Shown here piece after piece: positions 54,949 to 64,000 of a stretch of DNA of 64,000 bases (position 1 is its first letter; each line of letters begins with the position of its first letter). Origin of the DNA: Octopus sinensis (taxonomy: Eukaryota); NCBI RefSeq assembly GCF_006345805.1, contig NW_021832375.1, forward strand, positions 124,001 through 188,000, given 5' to 3'. A model generated the notes under the pieces. The model was not told where the DNA came from, ran no database searches, and saw nothing but the letters and a program-made list of their open reading frames with translations. Position numbers and translations under genes: made by a program.

Positions 54949-56273
54949 AACGTTTATATAAATAAATAACGTGAAATACATGAAGGGACGAACAAAATGA
55001 CAAACGGGTCATTCAAAGCCTTCTTTCTTCAGTCAGAAAATGATCCCTCATCGCAGATTTCGGCCGTTCAATTCTGAGATCCGCTCCGAATCAGCCAGCC
55101 AAAGAAGGAAAGAATGCAACGCAACAGAGACGAACATGAAACGAAAAATCTTTTTTGGAGACAGTAACGGTGTAAAACATGGATGACACAGGCGCCCTAC
55201 GGCTTTAACACAAAAAGAGAGACACAAAAACAATATCAGCAAGCCTTGAAAAATAATTACATTTTCGGTGATAAGATACATTTTGAACCAGTGGCCGATG
55301 GAAAGAGAATGGCTGAGGCAGCAAGTCGCAAGAGGGTAAGAGAGAGGGGACCACGGAGGGTTGAAGGAAATGGCAGAAGCAGTGACCGAGAGAGAGAGAG
55401 AGGGAGAGAAGGAATCAGAGAAGAAGCAGTGATCAAGAGAGAGAAGGAATCAGAGAGGCTGGGAGAAAAAGGCGCCAAAACAATTTGGCAACGAAGCAAT
55501 GGCGAAGGAAAGAATATAGTTTAAAGACACCGTGCAGGGGTTTTGATATGATAAACATAAAGAAGTTATTATGCACGTACGCTGCGAAATATATAATAAA
55601 CCTTTACATAAATAAATAACGTGAAATACACGAAGGGACGAACAAAAAGACAAACGGGCCATTCAAAGCCTTCATTCTTCAGTCAGAAACTGATCCCTCA
55701 TCGTAGATTTCGGACGTTTAATTCTGAGATCCGCTCCGAATCAGCCAGCCACAGAAGGAAAGAATGCAACGCAACAGAGACGAACATACACACACACATA
55801 TATATACATGTACACACACACATATATATACATACACATGCATACACATATATATACATACACACACACATATATATACATACACACATACATAAAAATA
55901 TATATGTATATAATAAACCTTTAGATGAATAAATAATAACATATATATATATATATATATATACATAAACACACACATATATATACATACACACACACAT
56001 ATATATACATGCACACACACATATATATACATACACACACACACAAATATATACATACACACACACACAAAAACACATATATATACTTACACACACACAC
56101 ATATATATATATACATACACACACAAACACATATATATACATACACACACACACATATATATATACATACACACACACATACATATATACATACACACAC
56201 ACATACATATATACATACACACACACACATATATATATATACACACACACACATATATATATACATACACACA

Positions 56274-56304
<31 letters not shown>

Positions 56305-56322
56305 GCATACATACATACATAT

Positions 56323-56390
<68 letters not shown>

Positions 56391-57618
56391 AACCTTTATA
56401 TAAATAAATAACGTGAAATACATGAAGGGACGTACAAAATGACAAACGGGTCATTCAAAGCCTTCATTCTTCAGTTAGAAACTGATCCCTCATCGCAGAT
56501 TTCGGCCGTTCAGTTCTGAGATCCGCTCCGAATCACCCAGCCACAGAAGGAAAGAATGCAACGCAACAGAGACGAACATGAAACGAAAAATCTTTTTTGG
56601 AGACCCTAACGGTGTAAAACATGGATGACACAGGCGCCCTACGGCTTTAACACAAAAAGAGAGACACAAAAACAATATCAGCAAGCGTTGAAAAATAATT
56701 ACATTTTCGGTGATAAGATACATTTTGAACAAGTGGCCGATGGAGACAGAATGGCTGAGGCAGCAAGTCGCAAGAGGGTAAGAGAGAGGAGGGGCTAAGA
56801 GAGAGTGGGGACCAAGGAGGGTAGAAGGCGAGGACAGAAGCAGTGACCGAGAGAGAGAGAGGGAGTGAAGGAATCAGAGAAGAAGCAGTGATCAAGAGAG
56901 AGAGGGAGAGAAGGAATCAGGGAGGCTGGGAGAAAAAGGCGCCAAAACAATTTGGCAACGAAGCAATGGCGAAGGAAAGAAAATAGTTTTAAGACATCGT
57001 GCAGGGGTTTTGATATGATAAACATAAAGAAGTTATTATGCACGTACGCTGCGAAATATATAATAAACCTTTACATAAATAAATAACGTGAAATACACGA
57101 AGGGACGAACAAAAAGACAAACGGGTCATTCAAAGCCTTCATTCTTCAGTCAGAAACTGATCCCTCATCGTAGATTTCGGCCGTTTAATTCTGAGATCCG
57201 CTCCGAATCAGCCAGCCACAGAAGGAAAGAATGCAACGCAACAGAGACGAACATGAAACACACACACACATATATATACATACACTCACACACATATATA
57301 TACATACACACATACATATATATATATATGTATATAATAAACCTTTACATAAATAAAAAATAACATATATATATATATATACATACACACACACATATAT
57401 ATACATACACACATACATATATATATATATGTATAGAATAAATCTTTAGATAAATAAATAATAACATATATATATATATACACACACACATATATATGTA
57501 TATGTATATAATAAACCTTTGCATAAATAAATAATAACATATATATATATATATACATACACACACACATATATATACATGCACACACACACATATATAT
57601 ACATACACACACACATAT
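49225..57618. repeat. Complex tandem array (higher-order unit ~1.35-1.5 kb: A + microsatellite + A + B)
   Basis: Module A (GAAATACACGAAGGGACG...GCAACAGAGACGAACAT) at about 49308, 50752, 51428, 52139, 52814, 53492, 54281, 54973, 55623, 56414 and 57090. Module B (~400-600 bp, with GA-rich subrepeats) follows every second A. Confidence 0.92.
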
Positions 57619-57707
57619 GATTTTGATTGATTTTGATTTTTCCAGTTTCAGCTAATGAGCTGTGGCCATGCTGGGGCACCGCCTTTGGTTTGTTACACGG
57701 TTCTACC

Positions 57708-60700
57708 TCACGGACGCCTTTTAGCAAACGCCATCTGATGCATGAGAGAGTTCGATGCAGCTGCCCTCATCTGCACCTCCTGCCGTGAAGTTGGCTCATC
57801 CGGGACACCTGACAGGAAGAGATCCAGTCCTACTTTAAAGACATCCGCATCTACACCATGCAGGTCTCTCAGGTTCTTCGGGAGGATATTGAAGAGCCGT
57901 GGGCCTCTGAAGCCCAGGCTATCACAATATCTTGTCCTACATCTTGATGGCAGATTTGGAGTCCTTGGTACTACGCAATGGCGTCCGGTTCTGGCATTTG
58001 TGTGACTCTCGATGCCAAAGTCTGGGACAAGACCCTCCAGGATCTTCCAGATATATATTATGGCATATCTTTCTCGCCTACGCTCCAGGGAATAGAGCTT
58101 TAATCTCTTGAGTCTCTCCCAGTAGCTCATATGCTGCACAGAGGCTATCTTCTTCGTGTAGCTTCGTTGGATCGCCTCCAGTTCTGTGATCAACTTGACA
58201 CTGGAAGGTAACCATAGCTGAGAGCAATAGTCAAAGTGGCTTAGGACAAGTGTCTTCCAGAGGACCATCATGGTTTCTTGTTCTCTTGTTCTAAAGGTTC
58301 TGAGAATCCATCCAGCTAGCTGTCTACATTTCATTGTCAGTTTAGCAACATGTACGTGAAAGGCCGCGTCATCACTCATGTGAATACCCAGGTCACGCAC
58401 TGATTGTGCCTCTGGGATTGCAATCCCTCCGGGTCCTGTGTATTCATTGGGTATTGCATTCAGTTTTGCATGCTGATAGTATAAAGCTTGAAACTTTTCA
58501 GCATTGAACTGCATGCTATTCTTTTCAGCCCACTTGTATATTTCGTCCAGCTCACATTGCAGGTGCATAGTGTCTTCAGGGTTCTGTATTGCCTGTGAAA
58601 CTTTTGTATCATCTGCATAACTTGTGATCGTGGCTCTCTGCGTGGCTGAGGGCATGTCTGAGAGGGCCATTATGAACAGTAGTGGTCCCAAAACAGTGCC
58701 CTGCGGAACACCGCTCACTATTTGCGTGCTAATGGAAGTGGCCTCATTGGCTGCTACCACCTGACTTCAATTCTTCAGAAAGTCATGAAGCCATTCTCCT
58801 AGTTTTCCAACTATGCCAAGATCACGCAGTTTGTGACATATCATTCCATGATCGACTTTATCGAAGGCCTTTGCAAAGTCGAGATATATGACTTCCACAT
58901 TTGAGTGGTTGAGCAGCCGTTTCAGCACCCAGTCATAGTGTTGTAGGAGCTGAGTTAAACAGCTTCTTCCTGGTCGGAAACCATGTTGGGTGTCGGGCAG
59001 CAAGTCATTTTCTTCCAGGAAGGTGATTAGTTTCCTTCTGACTATTCGTTCCATGACCTTGCTGATGTGTGAGGTCAGAGAGATAGGTCTGTAGTTCTTG
59101 GCCTCCGCTCTGCTACCTCCTTTATGAATGGGGCATATTTTACCTTCCTTCAGTTTTTTTGGAAGTTTGCCAGCTGCAAGGAAGCTCTGAAAGAGGAACT
59201 GCAGTGGTCTTGCTAGGAATCTCTTACATACTTTTAGGAGGATTGCCGGGAATCCATCGGGGCCAATAGCTGAGTCTGTTTTCATTTCATCTATAGCCTT
59301 TATTACATCGTCTTCCTTTATATCGATGTAATTTATCGTCGCCGCCTCTGATTCTATATCTGCAGTGGTAAAGAAGTCAGTTGGATTGCTGATTTGGAAA
59401 TGCCCAAGGGGTGGAGTGAAAACACTCTTGAATTGTTCATTCAGTATCTCACTTACCCTCATTGGTTTTCCTGTGAGTGTGCCATCCTTTTCAAGGAGTG
59501 GACCTATCCTACAGTGCACCGTAGCTGTTTCTTTGGCATACCTGTAGAAAGCTCTGGGGTTAGTTTTTATGTTGTTTATAGCCCAGGCTTCTTTGTCTGC
59601 TCTTTCCTTCTCATGGGAGAGTTGCAGACAGTTTTCAATTTCCAATAGTTTTATTTTCAGGCGGGACTTTTCACTGCTTTCAATTTGTTTGTTCAGGCGG
59701 TTTGAAATTTTTGTACGCCGTCTCATTAAAATTTTCCTCTCTTTGGGGATTTTGTTCTTGTGTACAGTGGCCTTTCTCTCTGGGACACATTTGTAGCATA
59801 TGGCTTGCATTACAGACATGAATTGTTGAAGTATTATGTCGATGTCCGGCGAGGAGAGACATTCAGGCCAGTTTTGTTTGAGGATCTCTTTCTCAATTTG
59901 TTTCCAGTTTGCCTTATTGAAGTTCAAGCTGGAAAGATTCTGAGGGTTTCTTGTAGGCTGCATGTCCGTGCTCTCTTTTGGCCCGTATATGGTCAGCTCT
60001 ACCATGTTGTGATCCGAGAGTAGTGTCGGTGTCACTTTCACATTATGGATGAGATCCATATTATTTGTAAAGCAGAGATCCAGTGTGTTACCTGCCCTGG
60101 TTGGCTGGAGTATTACTTGCTCCATGTACAGGGTGTTGATGAGGTTCAGGAGGGACCTCGCCTGTCCTCGTTCGCATCGAGTCATTCCTGGGAGGGAAAG
60201 GGCCTCGGGCCATCTGACCTTGGGTAGATTGAAGTCTCCCATGAGAAGTACACTTATGTGTTGTTCTAATGTGATTAGAACTTCTATCTTTAAAAGGCAG
60301 TCGTCAAACTTGCCTACATGGCTTGGGGCATCTGGAGGGCGATATGTAGCACACACAACTACATCAAGTTGCCTTATGTGTACAATTAGTGTGTCACACA
60401 CCGAGTTTGAGTATGACAAAAGGACCTGGGGTGTGAGGTCCTCACGGATGTACATAGCAACTCCTCCATGACTCCTTTCTTTTCTGTCGGTCCGTAGTAT
60501 AACATACTGTGGTATGTGTAATTCCGCATCTGCTATGTCCGGTTTCAGGTGCGTTTCCGTGAGTGCTATGCATAAGGCTTGATTGCATGCGACAACATCT
60601 CTTAAGAACGGGACTTTTGTCCTGTTATTGTGTGTTAGTAGTCCTCTGATGTTCAGTAGGAGCATCGAGGTGAGGTGTATGCTGTTGCCGGTGGTGTCCA

Positions 60701-60809
60701 CCCTTGGTCCATCTGCTGTGGCGGTCTTGTGAACTGTGGGTAGTTCCATCCGCGAGCTTGAGTTTGATGGAGCCAGGTTAGCTGCTGTACAATCTTTTGT
60801 GCCATGCAC
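57708..60809 (-). pseudogene. LINE ORF2 (APE endonuclease + RT) with one in-frame TGA
   Basis: [44 protein letters not shown], then AAT TGA AGT at 58767-69 (other copies have AGA), then PQGTVLGP and YADDTK in the same frame. Confidence 0.93.
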
Positions 60810-61542
60810 AAAAAGATTCTTGCTCAGCAGCTGCCCTTTCAACAACACGTTGGTGGTTTGTGGCACGCACCACATCTGCGTACCTCCGTTTTGGGGCAGG
60901 TGATGTGTGGTCCGTCCCATTTCCTTTCGGTGGTTGGTTTCTGCGGCAGGGTCCCGGATGTGCAAAACGGCAGCCTGCACCTTCCTCTCCATGCCGGCAG
61001 GCACCCTTCAGGTAGAACCTACATACCTGTGTGCGCTGCTCGTTTCCATCCTTTTTGGCATATGGGTAGTTAGGTTTGCCTCTATCCCTGGCTGGCTTGC
61101 CCCTTGGCTTTGTCTGAGTTTTAGCTTCAGTCTTTCCTCCTTTTTTGGTTCTTTCATCTCCATGTCCATGGCTTTTGGTGCCGGTAGGAGCATCCGCACC
61201 TGGGTTCACCTCCCGGGCAGGCCTCTCGCTGGTGTTTTCTTCCTGGGCGTCCACCAGGTGGGGGTGACCCTCCTCATCAGCGCCCGCGTCTCCATCCTTG
61301 CCATCTTTACTTTGTTCGCGTTTTTCGCTGTTAAAAATGGCATCCAGCGTGTTTATGTGCGATCTGACAAGTGCGTAGGAGCGTACGAACTCTCGCTTCT
61401 TCCGCTCTATCTGTGCTGACGTCCTTTTGAATCCGTTGCTCCTCAGTGCTGCCGCAATTATGTTACTTGGATTTTCTCCGTCAGCGCATTGCCATCCTCG
61501 CAGGAACCACGCCAGTTCGTCACGTTTCCAGGTGCTGGACAT
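60653..61542 (-). CDS. LINE ORF1: Myb/SANT-like N-terminus, low-complexity linker, CCCH zinc finger
   Basis: WKRDELAWFL...IIAAALRSNGFKRTSAQIERKKREFVRSY; CRFYLKGACRHGEEGAGCRFAHP. As written it stops at 60778; restoring one T in the run at 60810-14 extends it to TSPRCSY-stop at 60653, as in related copies. Confidence 0.8.
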
Positions 61543-61619
61543 TCTTGATATTTTATCTATCTATCTATCTATCTAATTATATTAATTTATATCAATCTGA
61601 TAGTGCAATAGGGGGTAGG

Positions 61620-62006
61620 GAGGAAATAGAGAAAGAGAGCGTCTATGTACTTAAGGAGAGATTGGGAGCCAAGAGAAGAGAGTAAGAGAGAAGAGGAAGA
61701 GGAGAGACTGAGAGCTGAAGGAAGAGAGAGAAAGCGTCTATGTCCTTAGAGAGAGATTGAGAGCTGAGAGAGGAGAGTAAGGTAGAAGAGAGTAATGAAG
61801 AGACAAGGAGAATCGTGAGGGAGCGAACTGAAGAGACAGAGAGAGAGGGAAGAAATAGAGAGAGAATATATATATCTGAAAGAGGAGAGTAAGATATATA
61901 CATCTGAAAGAGGAGAGTAAGATAGAAGAGAGTAATGAAGAGACAAGGAGAAGCATGAGGGAGGGAACTGAAGAGACAGAGAGAGAAGGAAGAAATTGAG
62001 AAAGAA

Positions 62007-62037
<31 letters not shown>

Positions 62038-62200
62038 CTGTTCGCAGAAGAGGGAGAGAACTGAAGGGTGAGGAGTCAGAGAGAGAAGGAAGAAATAGAG
62101 AAAGAATATATGTATCTGAGAGAGGAGAGTAAGATAGAAGAGAGTAATGGAGAGGCAGGAGAGAAACTGAAGAGACAGGGAGAGAGGAAGAAATAGATGC
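61620..62200. repeat. GA-rich minisatellite
   Basis: Recurrent GAGAGGAGAGTAAGATAGAAGAGAGTAATGAAGAGACAAGGAG and AACTGAAGAGACAGAGAGAG units. Confidence 0.8.
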
Positions 62201-62309
62201 ACATATATAGACAAGAGTAACAAATGAGTATATAAAAAACAATAGTAATAATAATAAAACATATATAAACAAAAGTAATAATAATAATAAATAATAAAAT
62301 AATAATAAT

Positions 62310-62975
62310 AAAACAGCTGAAAGAAAACAAGCCAAGAGATTTTACAGAGTTTAAGCAAAGGAAAAGAGAAATGGAAATATATATTTGTCCGTCGCTACAG
62401 ACAATGTCTTCTATAATAAAACTAATTGCGACTATACTTCTAACACACACATATACATATACATACAGATATATACACACATGTGCGCATATACATATAT
62501 ATACTTCTATCACACACATATACTATACTTCTAACACACACATATACATATGCATACAGATATATACACACATGTGCGCATATACATATATATATACTTC
62601 TAACACACACATATACTATACTTCTAACACACACATATACATACAGATATATACACACATGTGCGCATATACATATATAAACAGAGTAACATAATAAAAA
62701 ACAGCTAAAAGAAAACAAGCCAAGAGATTTTACAGAGTTTAAGCAGAGAAAAAGAGAAATGGAAATATATATTTGTCCGTCGCTACAGACAATGTCTTCT
62801 AAAATAAAGCTAAATTACAACTCTACTTCTAGTTACGACTATACTTCTAATAATAATAATAAAACAGCTGAAAGAAAACACGCCAAGTGATTTTACAGAG
62901 ATTAAGCAGAGAAAAAGAGAAATGGAAATATATATTTGTCCGTCGCTACAGACAATGTCTTCTAAAATAAAAATA
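62310..62975. repeat. Three copies of a ~110-bp unit separated by microsatellite
   Basis: AAAACAGCTGAAAGAAAACAAGCCAAGAG...TTTGTCCGTCGCTACAGACAATGTCTTCTA at ~62310, ~62697 and ~62860. Confidence 0.8.
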
Positions 62976-63394
62976 AATTACGACTCTACTTCTAACACAC
63001 ACATATACATATACATACAGACATATACACACATGTACGCATATACATATATAAACAGAGTAACAGATAATTTATATAGAATAGATATAACGGAATTAAC
63101 GGTAAAACAAGAATTTACGATAGATTTTTGCGGAGATATAAACAAGAATTCGGGTACTTATCGACTGGAAATAAATTTAGAAGATTCCACCATGTGCTTT
63201 TTCGACAGGAAGAAATCTTGTGTGTCAATACTTGACTTGTGGAAAATATATTGCGGTTTTTGAACAAATATCCAAGTACACGTCTATAAGGTAACAATTT
63301 CTACGTTTTGTGAGTGATTCGCCAAATTATTTCGTCGACTTTTATGCAGCCCTTCTTGTTTTTTATCGCAGAGCAAGACAACACACTACGAAGC

Positions 63395-64000
63395 CGGAAG
63401 TATATATATATATATATATACATACACACATACATATATATATATATAATAAACCTTTAGATAAATAAATAATAACATATATATATATATAATATATATA
63501 TATATATACATACACACACACATATATATACATACACACATACATATATACATATATGTATATAATAAACGTTTAGATAAATAAATAATAAAATATATAT
63601 ATATATATATACAAACACACACACATATATATATATGTATATAATAAACCTTTACATAAATAAATAATAACATATATATATATATATACATACACACACA
63701 CATATATACACATACACACACACATATATATATACATGCACACACACACATATATATACATACACACACACACATATATATACATACACACCACCTATTA
63801 TTAACATTACCACACACATACATATATCCATACACAACACACATACAATATACATACACACACACCACATATATATATACATAGACATACACACACACAA
63901 TATATATATTACATACACACATATATATATATATACATATCGATATACATATATCATACATATATACATACATCTGTGATATATATATATATATATATAT
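63395..64000. repeat. Microsatellite/minisatellite of the same type as in the 49-57 kb array
   Basis: ATAATAAACCTTTAGATAAATAAATAATAAC units embedded in (TA)/(CA), as at 49580-50330. Confidence 0.8.

Larger units (their letters stand above)
57619..61550 (-). mobile_element. Near full-length CR1-type LINE (family A)
   Basis: ORF1, overlapping ORF2 (APE endonuclease + RT), 3' UTR and (AATC)-type tail; flanked by microsatellites with no clear TSD. Confidence 0.95.

Noticed and set aside
49225-57618. CRISPR-like repeat-spacer array
   Set aside because: Repeats are hundreds of bp, spacers are microsatellite and not unique, the context is eukaryotic, and there are no cas genes.
58767-58769. Programmed readthrough of the TGA in LINE ORF2
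   Set aside because: Four other copies in the window have AGA at this codon, so it is a private mutation.
16537-60471. Antisense ORFs such as [11 protein letters not shown]... and MYSGLSLWD...
   Set aside because: Opposite-strand shadows of LINE ORF2, repeated with each copy.
14100-64000. Dozens of long ORFs rich in Y/I/C/V/M/H/T
   Set aside because: Translations of (TA)n, (TG)n and (TACA)n microsatellites, which lack stop codons in several frames.

Overview
AT-rich, microsatellite-dense eukaryotic DNA. The tRNA-derived SINEs with internal (TA)n/(TG)n, CR1 and RTE LINEs and Penelope-like elements are most consistent with an octopus-type cephalopod genome (inference). (1) Bases 1-12.7 kb hold the 3' part of one spliced host gene on +. 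I reconstruct it from GT-AG exons as a RING finger (IAP/Neuralized-type spacing, His replaced by Asp), a short linker and a C-terminal Death domain. Its introns are built from a tandemly duplicated exon+intron cassette, and two copies have each lost one splice site. (2) The remaining ~50 kb is a nest of retroelements in (TA)n/(CA)n tracts. At least 7 pieces belong to a CR1-type LINE lineage, one nearly full length, whose ORF1 has Myb/SANT-like and CCCH zinc-finger domains and overlaps ORF2 from a conserved U-run (candidate -1 frameshift). There is also a second CR1 family, RTE fragments and SINEs sharing the LINE 3' tail. A near-intact Penelope-like element (RT + C-terminal GIY-YIG, one nonsense codon) and two non-coding fold-back elements follow. 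Three different type I hammerhead ribozyme motifs occur, each as an outward-facing inverted pair, one with a ~85-nt extended stem II. An 8.4-kb complex tandem array of unknown origin lies at 49.2-57.6 kb. Most ORF-track entries are microsatellite artefacts. Coordinates were counted by eye; element ends are approximate (tens of bp).
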